A DNA stretch of 32,000 bases, taken from contig JBMYVL010000006.1 of assembly GCA_049606355.1 (NCBI GenBank), positions 60,001 through 92,000 of the forward strand, read 5' to 3'. The DNA is from Opitutales bacterium (lineage in GTDB: Bacteria; Verrucomicrobiota; Verrucomicrobiia; Opitutales; Coraliomargaritaceae). The position numbers and the translations under genes were made by a program. Shown piece by piece: positions 12,506 through 32,000 of this stretch. The notes under the pieces are model-generated. The model was not told the DNA's origin. It did not search any database and saw only the letters and a program-made list of their open reading frames with translations. Positions within the stretch are counted from its first letter, which is position 1. Each line of letters opens with the position of its first letter.

Positions 12506-13210
12506 ATGCCAACCCAGCAAATCAAGGGAAGCAAACGCTACCGTCAGGCGGTCGATATGACCGATATGACGAAGACCCACTCGGTCGCCGATGCGTCTGC
12601 GCTACTGAACACACTACCGAAGGCGAAGTTCGACGAAACCGTCGAAGTTTACGCCCATCTCACCGTTGATCCGCGTAAGAGCGATCAAATGGTCCGCGGC
12701 ACTCTCAAGCTTCCCCATGGAAGTGGTAAGACCGTGCGCGTTATTGTCTTTACCGAAAATCCAGAAGAAGCGAAAGCTGCCGGCGCCGATGAGGCGGGTC
12801 TGGATGATTTGATTGAAAAAGTCTCAAGCGGATGGACTGAGTTCGATGTGGCGCTTTCGACCACCAGTGCGATGAAGAGCGTCCGTAAAGTCGCTCGTGT
12901 ACTGGGACCTCGCGGCCTCATGCCGAATCCGAAGTCCGGTACCGTGACTGACGACATCCCTGCGGGGATCAATGAGGTCAAGGGTGGCCGCGTTGAGTTC
13001 AAGATGGATAAGACCGCCAATGTCGCCATCGTCGTCGGTAAACGCTCCTTCACTGCCGAACAAGTCGCCGAAAACGCGGATGCCGCAATCCGTGCATTGG
13101 TGGAAGCCAAGCCAAAGGGTGCGACTGGTAAGTTTATCAAGAGCCTTGCTCTCAGTGCCACGATGAGCCCGAGCGTCAAAGTTGACGCCGCGCCTTACAA
13201 CAAGAGCTAA
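12506..13210 (+). CDS. rplA: 50S ribosomal protein uL1
   Basis: 234 aa with typical L1 sequence (RGTLKLPHGSGKTVRV..., GPRGLMPNPKSGTV). AAGGAG Shine-Dalgarno upstream. Confidence 0.97.
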   Translation: MPTQQIKGSKRYRQAVDMTDMTKTHSVADASALLNTLPKAKFDETVEVYAHLTVDPRKSDQMVRGTLKLPHGSGKTVRVIVFTENPEEAKAAGADEAGLDDLIEKVSSGWTEFDVALSTTSAMKSVRKVARVLGPRGLMPNPKSGTVTDDIPAGINEVKGGRVEFKMDKTANVAIVVGKRSFTAEQVAENADAAIRALVEAKPKGATGKFIKSLALSATMSPSVKVDAAPYNKS

Positions 13211-13225
13211 GGAGGGACCTATAAA

Positions 13226-13747
13226 ATGAGACCAGAAAAGAAATATCTCGTTGATGAGGTGAATGAACACCTCAACAAATCTGACTACGTTTACCTCGCT
13301 AATTATGAGCGCATCACAGTGGATGAAACCGCTGAGCTGCGGGCACAGTTAGCCGAGCACGATGCCGAATTCCACGTCGTTAAGAATACCATCTTCGGCG
13401 TCGCAGCACAGACCAAAGAACTGCCTGACCTCGGTGAGCACCTGAATGGCCCGACCGCGATCATCGTTGGCGGCAACAATCCGTCCGGTGTGGCAAAGAC
13501 CCTGGGTGAGTTCTTCAAAAAGAAAGACAAGGTCGAAGTTAAGGCCGGTATTCTCAACGAAAAGGCACTTGATAAAGCGCAAATTGAAGCACTGGCAAAA
13601 CTGCCGGGTCTCGAATCGCTGCGCGCGCAATTGCTCGGCCTGCTGTCGCAACCCGGCACCGGTCTGGTTCGCGTGCTCAATGCCGTACCACAAAACGTCG
13701 TCAATGTACTCCAAGCCAAAGTCCGCAAGGAAAACGGCGAGGGCTAA
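13226..13747 (+). CDS. rplJ: 50S ribosomal protein uL10
   Basis: 173 aa in the position between rplA and rplL, with an L10-like sequence. AAGGAGG Shine-Dalgarno upstream. Confidence 0.95.
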   Translation: MRPEKKYLVDEVNEHLNKSDYVYLANYERITVDETAELRAQLAEHDAEFHVVKNTIFGVAAQTKELPDLGEHLNGPTAIIVGGNNPSGVAKTLGEFFKKKDKVEVKAGILNEKALDKAQIEALAKLPGLESLRAQLLGLLSQPGTGLVRVLNAVPQNVVNVLQAKVRKENGEG

Positions 13748-13871
13748 TTTTAAACCAATTTTCGGCAGTTTGCCCTTCGGGGTAGCTGCTTGAAACCACA
13801 ACAACCGAAAATCCAGCTAGGAGGAATTCGCCTCTTAAACGTCCCGAATGGGGTGCTAGCGTATTGAAAGT

Positions 13872-14270
<399 letters not shown>

Positions 14271-14313
14271 TCTGATTCTACGATCATTTACATAGATCCT
14301 TTATTTTCACAGT

Positions 14314-14365
14314 TAGGTGGGCTCACTCCATATGGGGTGGGTCACGCCTAGCTGTTTTTGTCTTT
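14314..14365 (+). terminator. Stem-loop plus T-run between rplL and rpoB (candidate attenuator)
   Basis: GGCTCACTCC (14320-14329) pairs with GGGGTGGGTC (14334-14343), giving 10 bp including 3 G-U pairs and an ATAT loop. An outer helix TAGG/CCTA (14314-17 / 14347-50) follows, then GCTGTTTTTGTCTTT. This is analogous in position to the known rplL-rpoB attenuator of E. coli. Confidence 0.4.
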
Positions 14366-14430
14366 CCGCCGATTCACTCGGCACACCGTCCATCCACCAC
14401 TCACTCACCACCGTCATCCCAGACATCATC

Positions 14431-18225
<3,795 letters not shown>

Positions 18226-18264
18226 GGGAGCGTTAACTGATAATTTCAAAACTAGGTTTAAAAA

Positions 18265-22521
<4,257 letters not shown>

Positions 22522-22540
22522 GCTACCCACTACTTTAACG

Positions 22541-22576
22541 GAGGCGAACGGAACGTTCCGTTCGCCTCTTTTTCTT
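22541..22576 (+). terminator. Rho-independent terminator after rpoC
   Basis: Perfect 28-nt palindrome GAGGCGAACGGAAC/GTTCCGTTCGCCTC (22541-22568), about 12 bp of stem with a 4-nt loop, followed immediately by TTTTTCTT. Confidence 0.85.
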
Positions 22577-22632
22577 AACCACACACGGCTCCAGAGGCGG
22601 TGTGCTCTTTTAAAAAATTTGCCAGAAAAAAT

Positions 22633-22660
22633 CTTGCACGAAAGATGCGAAGCGCTACTT
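22633..22660 (+). promoter_or_regulatory. Candidate sigma70-type promoter for the rpsL (str) operon
   Basis: TTGCAC (22633-22638), a 16-nt spacer, then TACTTT (22655-22660), followed by the GC-rich discriminator CGCCG. The A/T-rich tract CTTTTAAAAAATTTGCCAGAAAAAATC lies upstream. It sits between the rpoC terminator and the rpsL ATG (22697). Confidence 0.35.
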
Positions 22661-22696
22661 TCGCCGTCTTTCTCTAAATCCAGCGACTGAATTTTC

Positions 22697-23071
<375 letters not shown>

Positions 23072-23110
23072 GTATTCGTTTCAGCGATTCATTATTAGCT
23101 TTATTTAACT

Positions 23111-23584
23111 ATGTCACGTCGTCGCCAAGCCGTTAAACGTCCAATTCTTCCGGACCCGCGCTACAATAGCACACTCGTCACCACTTTGGTGAACATGATC
23201 ATGGAGCGCGGTAAGCGCACGCTTGCTCAGCGCATTGTCTATACTGCTTTCCAGAAGGTTAGCGAAAAGCTCGAGAAGGGCGATCCAGTGGATCTTGTGA
23301 TGGGTGCGTTGGAAAACGTGCGTCCGAAGCTTGAAGTGAAGAGCCGCCGTGTCGGTGGTGCAACTTATCAAGTGCCGGTAGAAGTGAGTTTTGAGCGCCA
23401 GCAGAGCCTCGCCTTCCGTTGGATGGTGGCATCGGCTCGCAAGCGCAAGGGTGTACCGATGGCTGAAGCGCTCGCCGACGAGATCGTCGATGCGTACAAC
23501 AACACCGGTGCAGTTGTGAAGAAGAAAGAAGAGACCCACCGCATGGCTCAGGCAAACCGCGCGTTTGCCCACCTGCGCTGGTAA
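23111..23584 (+). CDS. rpsG: 30S ribosomal protein uS7
   Basis: 157 aa with an S7-like sequence ([15 protein letters not shown]..., [11 protein letters not shown]-terminus). Position between rpsL and fusA. Confidence 0.98.
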   Translation: MSRRRQAVKRPILPDPRYNSTLVTTLVNMIMERGKRTLAQRIVYTAFQKVSEKLEKGDPVDLVMGALENVRPKLEVKSRRVGGATYQVPVEVSFERQQSLAFRWMVASARKRKGVPMAEALADEIVDAYNNTGAVVKKKEETHRMAQANRAFAHLRW

Positions 23585-23638
23585 GCTCGACTGCTTCCTC
23601 GCACCGCTCCCTCCGTTCTTTTCCAGTCAAATCGTTTA

Positions 23639-25777
23639 ATGTCCGCCGTAGCTACAGCATCCGTCAATTCGCCGAAGCGCCAGTTCCCTTTGGAACACAC
23701 GCGTAATATCGGCATTGCGGCGCATATCGACGCGGGCAAGACAACGACCACTGAGCGCATTCTTTTTTATGCAGGCGTCGTCCACAAGATGGGTGAGGTG
23801 CATGAAGGGAGCGCGGTGACTGACTGGATGGAGCAAGAACGGGAACGCGGAATAACGATCACTTCCGCGGCGATCTCATGTAATTGGACGAATCAGTACG
23901 GACCGTACGCTGGGATTCGTCATCAGATCAACATTATCGATACACCGGGGCACGTTGATTTCACCGCCGAGGTGGAGCGTTCCTTGCGGGTCTTAGACGG
24001 CGCTATCGGAGTTTTTTGTGCAGTCGCCGGAGTACAGCCACAATCGGAAACGGTGTGGCGGCAGATGACCAAGTATCACGTGCCGCGTATTGCGTTCGTA
24101 AACAAGATGGACCGCACGGGTGCGGACTTTTACGCAGCGGTCAAATCGATGCGTGAACGCCTCGGTGCAAACGCCCATCCAATTTATATTCCGATCGGTG
24201 CCGAAGAGGATTTCAAGGGACTGATCGATCTCGCTGCCATGCAAGCCCTGATCTATGATCCGGCAGACGCATCGGGCATGACCGTCGAGACGACCGAGAT
24301 CCCGGCCGAACTGCTCGAGCAGGCGCAGGACTACCATGATCAATTGATCGAAGCATTGGCTGACTTTGACGATGACTTGGCCGAAAGCTATTTAGAAGGG
24401 AAGGATCTATCCGCGGATATGATTCGCAGCGCGATTCGCAAAGCGACGATCTCATTGGACTTTTGTGGCGTCATTCCCGGCTCTGCATTTAAAAACAAGG
24501 GGGTGCAGGCTGTGCTCGAATCGGTGGTAAATTACTTACCATGCCCGCTGGATCTGCCACCGATGAAGGGCGAGAGTAGCCAAGGCAAGGCCGTTGAGGT
24601 GGTGCCGGATGATACAGCTAAGGTCGCCGGTCTCGCGTTCAAGCTGATGAATGACCCCTATGTCGGTAAGCTGGTGTTTTTCAGGCTTTACTCAGGTGAG
24701 TTGCGCAAAGGTTCGGTCCTCTTGAATGCACGCACCGGCAAAACCGAGCGTATTTCCCGCCTCTTGGTCATGAAGGCAGATGCACGCGAAGATATCGAAG
24801 TCGCACACTCCGGTGATATCTGTGCGCTGGTCGGGGCCCGTAATGTGGTGACCGGTGACACGCTTTGCACCAAGGGCTATGACATTCGCCTCGAGCCACC
24901 GACTTTTCCGGAGCCGGTTATCTCGATGTCCATCGAGCCGAAAACTTCAGCGGACCAAGAGAAGATGGCGACTGGCTTGCAGCGCTTATCCGAGGAAGAT
25001 CCAACTTTTGTCGTTAGCACCGATGAGGAAACCGGCCAAACACTGATCGCTGGCATGGGTGAGTTACACCTCGAGATTATTCGCGATCGCCTCTTCCGCG
25101 AATTCAAAGTGGGCGCCGAAGCGGGTCGTCCACAAATTGCCTATCGTGAGGCTTTTGGTGGCGCGTGCGAAGGAGAGGGCAAATTTATCCGCCAAACAGG
25201 TGGCACCGGGCAGTATGGAGATGCCCGTATCAAGGTTGAACCACTGGAGCGCGGCTCGGGCATCGAAGTGGTCGACAAGACGGTTGGTGGTTGCATCCCT
25301 CAAGAATTTATTAAGCCGACCCTCGACGGGATCCGTGAAGCAGCCCGCAATGGAACGGTGTGCGGCTACCCGGTCGTCGATTTCAAAGCGACCCTCTACG
25401 ATGGTTCTTTTCACGAAGTGGATTCTTCCGAGATGGCGTTTAAGATGGCAGGGCTGTTTGCTTTTCGTGATGCCATGGAGAAGAGCTCACCGATTTTACT
25501 GGAGCCGATTATGTCAGTGGAAGTGGAGACTCCGGATGAGTACCAAGGTGACATTATGGGTGATCTCAATCGCCGCCGTGGGCAGATTCGCAACATCGCC
25601 AACAAGGGCACCTTCGCTCAGATCTCCGCACATGTGCCCCTCGCAGAGATGTTTGGCTACTCCACAATCGTGCGTTCCTTAAGTAAGGGGCGGGCCTCAT
25701 ACAGTATGGAGCCGGAGTGCTTTGAAGAAGTGCCGCCCAATGTATTGAAAACCATCAAGGAAACGACTTACGGCTAG
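23639..25777 (+). CDS. fusA: Translation elongation factor G
   Basis: [36 protein letters not shown], 712 aa. The N-terminus is about 9 aa longer than typical, and the exact start is uncertain. Confidence 0.97.
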   Translation: MSAVATASVNSPKRQFPLEHTRNIGIAAHIDAGKTTTTERILFYAGVVHKMGEVHEGSAVTDWMEQERERGITITSAAISCNWTNQYGPYAGIRHQINIIDTPGHVDFTAEVERSLRVLDGAIGVFCAVAGVQPQSETVWRQMTKYHVPRIAFVNKMDRTGADFYAAVKSMRERLGANAHPIYIPIGAEEDFKGLIDLAAMQALIYDPADASGMTVETTEIPAELLEQAQDYHDQLIEALADFDDDLAESYLEGKDLSADMIRSAIRKATISLDFCGVIPGSAFKNKGVQAVLESVVNYLPCPLDLPPMKGESSQGKAVEVVPDDTAKVAGLAFKLMNDPYVGKLVFFRLYSGELRKGSVLLNARTGKTERISRLLVMKADAREDIEVAHSGDICALVGARNVVTGDTLCTKGYDIRLEPPTFPEPVISMSIEPKTSADQEKMATGLQRLSEEDPTFVVSTDEETGQTLIAGMGELHLEIIRDRLFREFKVGAEAGRPQIAYREAFGGACEGEGKFIRQTGGTGQYGDARIKVEPLERGSGIEVVDKTVGGCIPQEFIKPTLDGIREAARNGTVCGYPVVDFKATLYDGSFHEVDSSEMAFKMAGLFAFRDAMEKSSPILLEPIMSVEVETPDEYQGDIMGDLNRRRGQIRNIANKGTFAQISAHVPLAEMFGYSTIVRSLSKGRASYSMEPECFEEVPPNVLKTIKETTYG

Positions 25778-25874
25778 GGCGATGGATTGAGCGCCTGCCC
25801 AAATCGACCCCGCAAAATTTTTAACAACAAAAACAAACCATCAACTGAACACATTTAACCTAAACTAACATATT

Positions 25875-26183
25875 ATGAGTGCACCACGTATCCGTATCCG
25901 CCTAAAAGGCTTCGATTATCGAGTCATTGATCAGTCCGCTCTGGACATTGTAGAAACCGCTAAGCGCTCCGGTGCGCGTGTTTCCGGACCCGTACCGATG
26001 CCCACACGCATTGAAAAGTTCACCGTGAACCGCTCGGTACACGTGAATAAGAAGTCGATGGAGCAGTTTGAAGTGCGCACGCACAAGCGCCTGATTGATA
26101 TCATTGAGCCAACTGCCGCGACTGTGGATGAGTTGAAAAAGCTCAATCTGCCCGCCGGTGTTGATATTTCTATCAATGTTTAG
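25875..26183 (+). CDS. rpsJ: 30S ribosomal protein uS10
   Basis: 102 aa, [17 protein letters not shown]..., typical S10. Confidence 0.98.
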   Translation: MSAPRIRIRLKGFDYRVIDQSALDIVETAKRSGARVSGPVPMPTRIEKFTVNRSVHVNKKSMEQFEVRTHKRLIDIIEPTAATVDELKKLNLPAGVDISINV

Positions 26184-26188
26184 TTGAC

Positions 26189-26239
26189 GAGCGCGAAAAA
26201 AGTCCCTTTTTTCGCCCGCTCGCTCACCAAAACAGCGAG
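26189..26239 (+). promoter_or_regulatory. Structured element in the rpsJ-rplC spacer (two overlapping, mutually exclusive hairpins)
   Basis: Hairpin 1: CGAAAAAAG (26194-26202) pairs with CTTTTTTCG (26206-26214), loop TCC, extended by GAGCG (26189-93) with CGCTC (26217-21) across a CC bulge. Hairpin 2: CTCGCT (26219-24) pairs with AGCGAG (26234-39) and shares nt 26219-26221 with hairpin 1. A T7 run follows at about 26249-26255. Confidence 0.35.
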
Positions 26240-26314
26240 TAATCCACATTTTTTTAACTCCCTAATGCAGGTTTAATTCAAACGGAGCTCCCGCTCCACC
26301 TGCCACTTAGTATT

Positions 26315-26959
<645 letters not shown>

Positions 26960-26978
26960 GTCTACGGAGATTTATTAG

Positions 26979-27614
26979 ATGAAACTTAAAGTATTCTCAG
27001 CTGACGGGACCAAGAGCGAAGAAAAAGAATTCGTTTCTTTCCCGCAATTCGAAGGTGACAAGGGTCTGGCTGCTTTGCGCCAGGTCGTGATCGCTCACCA
27101 AGCGAACCGCCGCCAAGGTAATGCGTCGACCAAGACACGTGCCGAAGTGGCCGGTTCCGGTAAAAAGCTTTTCCGCCAGAAGGGTAGCGGTACCGCACGT
27201 CAAGGTACACGTCGCGTCCCGCACCAGCGTCATGGTGGTGTGGCACACGGCCCGAAGCCACGCGATTACTCGCAAAAGATCAACCGTAAGATGAAGAGCC
27301 TCGCGTTCCAGCGTGCCCTTTTCGAGCGCGCGACTGAAGGTGGCATCTCGGTGATCGAATCGATCGAAGTGAAGGAGCCGAAGACGGCACTCTTCAACAA
27401 GGTGCTGACCTCGGTGCTGCCACAACGCGGCAAGGTGCTGATTATTGACGACGCATTCGAAAACAATGCCGCACTGGCCGCGCGTAACATTGACGGCGTG
27501 TCCCTCACTGAAGCCGGTAACTTGAGCACACTCGATGTGGTGCGCTACCGCCAAATTCTCGTCAGTGCCAAGGGCATTGAAACCATCCTAGCTCGTGCGA
27601 ACGGAGGCGAATAA
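26979..27614 (+). CDS. rplD: 50S ribosomal protein uL4
   Basis: RQKGSGTARQGTRR motif, 211 aa, position after rplC. Confidence 0.97.
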   Translation: MKLKVFSADGTKSEEKEFVSFPQFEGDKGLAALRQVVIAHQANRRQGNASTKTRAEVAGSGKKLFRQKGSGTARQGTRRVPHQRHGGVAHGPKPRDYSQKINRKMKSLAFQRALFERATEGGISVIESIEVKEPKTALFNKVLTSVLPQRGKVLIIDDAFENNAALAARNIDGVSLTEAGNLSTLDVVRYRQILVSAKGIETILARANGGE

Positions 27615-27616
27615 CC

Positions 27617-27907
27617 ATGATTATTCCTGATAAAATTCTTCGCGAATACCGCGTCACTGAAAAAGCAGCCAACTTGGCTGCGAATCACAATCAGTACACC
27701 TTCGAAGTGGCACCCGATGCCAACCGCAAGGAGATTGCTGAGGCTGTTGAGAAGCTGTTCAACGTAACAGTTCTCAATGTCAACACACTCATCAAGAAGC
27801 CTAAGGTGAAGGTGGATCGCTCACGCCGCGGTCGCCCCGGCACCAAGGGTGGGCACAAAAAGGCCATCGTCACATTGAAGGACGGCGATGCCATCGAACT
27901 CGTTTAA
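27617..27907 (+). CDS. rplW: 50S ribosomal protein uL23
   Basis: 96 aa with an L23-like sequence (YTFEVAPDANRKEIAEAVEKLFNV...). GGAGG Shine-Dalgarno upstream. Confidence 0.97.
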   Translation: MIIPDKILREYRVTEKAANLAANHNQYTFEVAPDANRKEIAEAVEKLFNVTVLNVNTLIKKPKVKVDRSRRGRPGTKGGHKKAIVTLKDGDAIELV

Positions 27908-27926
27908 GCACAGGAGATAAGTTAAC

Positions 27927-28772
27927 ATGCCACTCAATAGCTCCAGACCGTTGACTCCCGGTCAGCGTTTCCTCACCCGCAACAAGCAAGCGGTGAGTAA
28001 AAAGAAACCGGAACGTCGTCTCACTAAGGTGAAGCACATCAAAAAGGGCCGTAACTGCTACGGTCGCATCACCTCCCGTCGTCGCGGAGGTGGTCACAAG
28101 CGTGCGTACCGTATCATTGATTTCCGTCGCGATAAGCTCGACATCCCTGCGAAAGTACAAGCGATCGAGTATGATCCCAATCGCTCTGCTAATTTGGCAC
28201 TGCTCGCATATGCCGATGGCGAAAAGCGCTACATCTTGGCCCCTCGTGGTGTACAAGAAGGTGATGTGCTTCTCAATGTCGACAAGCGCGTCGAGTTTTC
28301 TGCAGGCTACAGCATGCCACTCGCCGTCATTCCGCCGGCGACCAAGATCCATGCAATTGAATTGCACCCAGGCCGTGGCGCGCAGCTAGCACGTTCGGCG
28401 GGGCAGTCCGCACAATTGGTTTCGGTTGATGGCGATCGCGCCACGATCAAGCTGCCTTCCGGTGAAATTCGCTACCTCAATAGCCGTTGCCGAGCAACGA
28501 TTGGTGAAGTGGGTAATCACGAGCACCAAAATCAAAGCTTGGGTAAAGCCGGTCGCAATCGTTGGTTGGGCCGTCGCCCACGCGTACGTGGTGTGGCGAT
28601 GAATCCTGTCGATCACCCAATGGGTGGTGGTGAGGGCCGTACCTCTGGTGGTGGTCACCCGCAATCGCCATGGGGTCAGTTGTCGAAGGGCTTCCCAACT
28701 CGCAAGAAGGCGAATCCGACCAATTCTCAAATCCTCGTCCGTCGCAACGGACGTCCGATGAAGCGCAAATAA
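27927..28772 (+). CDS. rplB: 50S ribosomal protein uL2
   Basis: GGGHKRAYRIIDF, MNPVDHPMGGGEGR, 281 aa. Confidence 0.98.
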   Translation: MPLNSSRPLTPGQRFLTRNKQAVSKKKPERRLTKVKHIKKGRNCYGRITSRRRGGGHKRAYRIIDFRRDKLDIPAKVQAIEYDPNRSANLALLAYADGEKRYILAPRGVQEGDVLLNVDKRVEFSAGYSMPLAVIPPATKIHAIELHPGRGAQLARSAGQSAQLVSVDGDRATIKLPSGEIRYLNSRCRATIGEVGNHEHQNQSLGKAGRNRWLGRRPRVRGVAMNPVDHPMGGGEGRTSGGGHPQSPWGQLSKGFPTRKKANPTNSQILVRRNGRPMKRK

Positions 28773-28788
28773 TTACTGAGTTTTAGCT

Positions 28789-29055
<267 letters not shown>

Positions 29056-29083
29056 GCTCACGACACCTCAAAACCTCTAACCT

Positions 29084-29461
<378 letters not shown>

Positions 29462-29467
29462 ACTACC

Positions 29468-29803
29468 ATGCAGGTCCAAGCCTATACTAAATACGCCCGT
29501 ATGTCGCCGGTGAAGGTACGCGAGATCACTCGTGCCATCCAGGGACGTAACGCCGCCGAAGCGGTTGAAATTCTTCGTTTCATTCCGCGCAAGTCGGCAC
29601 GCCTCGTGAGCAAGACGCTCCAGTCGGCCATCGCGAATGCGGAAAATAACAATAATCTTTCGTCTGATTCACTGACGATTGAATCGGCAACGGTCGAGCA
29701 GGGCCCGGCGTTCAAGCGCTTCCGTCCCGCTGCACGTGGTTCCGCGCATCCCTACAAGAAGCGCACCAGCAACATTCGCATTGTATTAACCGACGAAGCT
29801 TAG
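29468..29803 (+). CDS. rplV: 50S ribosomal protein uL22
   Basis: 111 aa with an L22-like sequence ([23 protein letters not shown]..., [18 protein letters not shown]). Confidence 0.97.
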   Translation: MQVQAYTKYARMSPVKVREITRAIQGRNAAEAVEILRFIPRKSARLVSKTLQSAIANAENNNNLSSDSLTIESATVEQGPAFKRFRPAARGSAHPYKKRTSNIRIVLTDEA

Positions 29804-29825
29804 GCTTTCAACACACACGATTTTT

Positions 29826-30458
29826 ATGGGACAAAAAACTCATCCGATTGGCTTCCGCCTCGCCGTTACCCGCGATTGGGACTCCCGCTGGTATGCATCC
29901 AAGCAGGACTTTCCTACCTACCTCAAAGAGGATCACACGATCCGTACTTTTCTTGAGAAGAAGCTTCGCTACGCCTCGGTGCCGCGTATCTTCATCGAGC
30001 GTGCCTCCGGCCGCATCCGTGTGAAGATCTACACCGCACGCCCGGGTGTGGTGATTGGTCGCAAGGGCCAGGAACTCGACAAGCTGAAATTTGAGCTGAA
30101 CAAAAAGGTCGGCAAGGACGTCATGCTCGACATTCAGGAAGTGAAGCGCCCGGATCTTTCCGCGCAATTGGTCGCCGAGAATGTAGCCCTGCAACTGGAG
30201 CGTCGGATTGCCTTCCGCCGTGCGATGAAGCGCGCGGTGCAAACCACCATGGCGATGGGTGCTGAGGGCATCCGGATTCAGTGTGGCGGTCGTCTCGGTG
30301 GTGCGGATATTGCCCGTACCGAGCAGCAGCGCATGGGCAAGGTGCCTTTGCAAACACTGCGCGCGAATATCAACTACGGCTTCAGTGAAGCCAGCACTGT
30401 CTATGGCATCATAGGCGTGAAATGCTGGATCTGCCTGCCCGACGAAGACGAGATTTAA
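29826..30458 (+). CDS. rpsC: 30S ribosomal protein uS3
   Basis: [25 protein letters not shown]-terminus and a KH-domain region. Confidence 0.98.
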   Translation: MGQKTHPIGFRLAVTRDWDSRWYASKQDFPTYLKEDHTIRTFLEKKLRYASVPRIFIERASGRIRVKIYTARPGVVIGRKGQELDKLKFELNKKVGKDVMLDIQEVKRPDLSAQLVAENVALQLERRIAFRRAMKRAVQTTMAMGAEGIRIQCGGRLGGADIARTEQQRMGKVPLQTLRANINYGFSEASTVYGIIGVKCWICLPDEDEI

Positions 30459-30494
30459 TCTAATTCTATAGTTAACATTTAATACGAGCGAATC

Positions 30495-30911
<417 letters not shown>

Positions 30912-30945
30912 TCCGTAACCCGAGCGATTTAGAAAGAAATTTATT

Positions 30946-31149
30946 ATGAACACCAAAGACATACGCGAAATGTCAGAAGCTGAAATTGAAAAAAAGCTAC
31001 GCGAGACCCGCGACGCCCAAGTCACACTGCGCATGAAAAAGCAGACCGGCCAAGTCGAGCACCCGCACGAATTCACGCAATTACGCCGCGATATCGCGCG
31101 TCTTGAAACTATCCTTAGTGAGAAGAAGTTGGCTGGAGCCAATGCCTAA
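30946..31149 (+). CDS. rpmC: 50S ribosomal protein uL29
   Basis: 67 aa with an L29-like helical sequence. Position between rplP and rpsQ. Confidence 0.93.
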   Translation: MNTKDIREMSEAEIEKKLRETRDAQVTLRMKKQTGQVEHPHEFTQLRRDIARLETILSEKKLAGANA

Positions 31150-31169
31150 TCACCAGCCCTTGATTTGTT

Positions 31170-31454
31170 ATGTCAGAAGCTACACGCAACTCTCGTAAGT
31201 CTTTGATCGGTGAAGTTACCAGCCGTTCCGGCGATAAAACCATCAAAGTCACGTATTTCTATAAGATCCCGCACCCGCTGTACCGTAAGGAAATTAAGCG
31301 GAAGACGGTGGTGCACGCACACGATGCGGCCAACGATTGTGGCATCGGCGACAAGGTCGAGATCATGGAGACTCGCCCGCTGAGTAAGCTGAAGCGCTGG
31401 CGTGTGACGCGTGTGCTGGAGCGCGCACCGAAGATCGGCGGCGACGCTGCTTAA
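31170..31454 (+). CDS. rpsQ: 30S ribosomal protein uS17
   Basis: GDKVEIMETRPLSKLKRWRV motif, 94 aa. Confidence 0.96.
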   Translation: MSEATRNSRKSLIGEVTSRSGDKTIKVTYFYKIPHPLYRKEIKRKTVVHAHDAANDCGIGDKVEIMETRPLSKLKRWRVTRVLERAPKIGGDAA

Positions 31455-31510
31455 CTGAACCGCGAAGCACTCGTTAGAAACTTTTTAAACCCAAACTGAG
31501 GATTTAAGTC

Positions 31511-31873
31511 ATGATTCAAATGAACAGCCGCGTATTTATTGCGGATAACACCGGCGCGAAATCGGCCGAAATGATCCGCCGTCTCGGACAGAACAAGAAG
31601 ACTGCTTCTGTTGGCGACGTGATCGTATGCAATGTCAAGGAAGCCTCCACCGATGCCTCCGTTAAAAAAGGAGAAGTGGTGAAGGCGGTCGTGGTTCGCA
31701 CTGTGGCACCCATTCGTCGTGGTGACGGTAGCTACCTGCGCTTTGATAACAACGCCGCAGTGATCATCAACGCCGACGGCAATCCAAAAGGTACACGTAT
31801 CTTCGGACCGGTAGCTCGTGAGCTCCGCGCCAAGTATATGAAAATCATTTCACTCGCACCCGAGGTCCTCTAA
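31511..31873 (+). CDS. rplN: 50S ribosomal protein uL14
   Basis: [18 protein letters not shown]-terminus, 120 aa. Confidence 0.98.
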   Translation: MIQMNSRVFIADNTGAKSAEMIRRLGQNKKTASVGDVIVCNVKEASTDASVKKGEVVKAVVVRTVAPIRRGDGSYLRFDNNAAVIINADGNPKGTRIFGPVARELRAKYMKIISLAPEVL

Positions 31874-31875
31874 TC

Positions 31876-32000
31876 ATGGCAAAAGTAATTAAACGCGAAC
31901 AAGAAGTTGTGGTCATCAGTGGTGCTCACAAGGGCAAGCGTGGTAAAGTTCTCGAAGTGAAGGCGGGTGAAAAAATCCTCGTTGAAGGCGTGAACATGAT
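31876..32000 (+). CDS. rplX: 50S ribosomal protein uL24, N-terminal fragment (continues past the window edge)
   Basis: Not in the ORF track because it is open at the right edge. Hand translation from ATG 31876 gives MAKVIKREQEVVVISGAHKGKRGKVLEVKAGEKILVEGVNM, which has the KOW motif typical of L24 and the expected position after rplN. Confidence 0.9.
   Translation, partial: MAKVIKREQEVVVISGAHKGKRGKVLEVKAGEKILVEGVNM

Noticed and set aside
14317-14430. Upstream 38-codon extension of the rpoB ORF ([17 protein letters not shown]...)
   Set aside because: The extension covers the hairpin and T-run of the rplL-rpoB spacer and is not RpoB-like. The conserved RpoB N-terminus begins at MSERINFGQ (14431).
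23639-23700. About 9-aa N-terminal extension of EF-G relative to typical proteins
   Set aside because: It probably reflects start-codon uncertainty or trivial lineage variation. An in-frame TTG shortly before RNIGI would give an atypically short N-terminus. It has no functional implication.

Overview
The window has two parts. The left ~9.4 kb is a mixed housekeeping and accessory stretch. On the minus strand it holds a GspE/PilB-type secretion ATPase (cut by the window edge and missing from the ORF track), a minimal SET-domain methyltransferase and mutY. On the plus strand it holds RNase HIII, a secreted FGE/SUMF-like protein, a PEP-CTERM-anchored protein, catalase-peroxidase KatG and RNase HII.

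The right ~22.5 kb is one uninterrupted plus-strand translation/transcription supercluster: tRNA-Thr(GGU), tuf, tRNA-Trp(CCA), secE, nusG, rplKAJL, rpoBC, a strong intrinsic terminator, rpsL, rpsG, fusA, rpsJ, rplCDWB, rpsS, an extra ORF, rplV, rpsC, rplP, rpmC, rpsQ, rplN and the start of rplX. I saw no CRISPR array, transposase, integrase or long repeat.

Several traits suggest a PVC-superphylum, Verrucomicrobiota-like bacterium. These are tuf sitting upstream of secE rather than after fusA, the presence of both RNase HII and HIII, and the PEP-CTERM and FGE-like proteins. This taxonomic call is inference only.

The most unusual feature is a 125-aa ORF with a clear N-terminal signal peptide, packed tightly between rpsS and rplV inside the otherwise canonical S10 operon. 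Secondary points:
- a vSET-sized SET-domain gene 32 nt downstream of mutY
- an unusually long, structured rpsJ-rplC spacer
- two promoter-like sites sharing the octamer ACTTTCGC
- G-depleted, Shine-Dalgarno-free leaders on the most highly expressed genes
- secE starting 9 nt after the tRNA-Trp 3' end

All functional calls rest on motif recognition by eye. No database search or folding computation was run.
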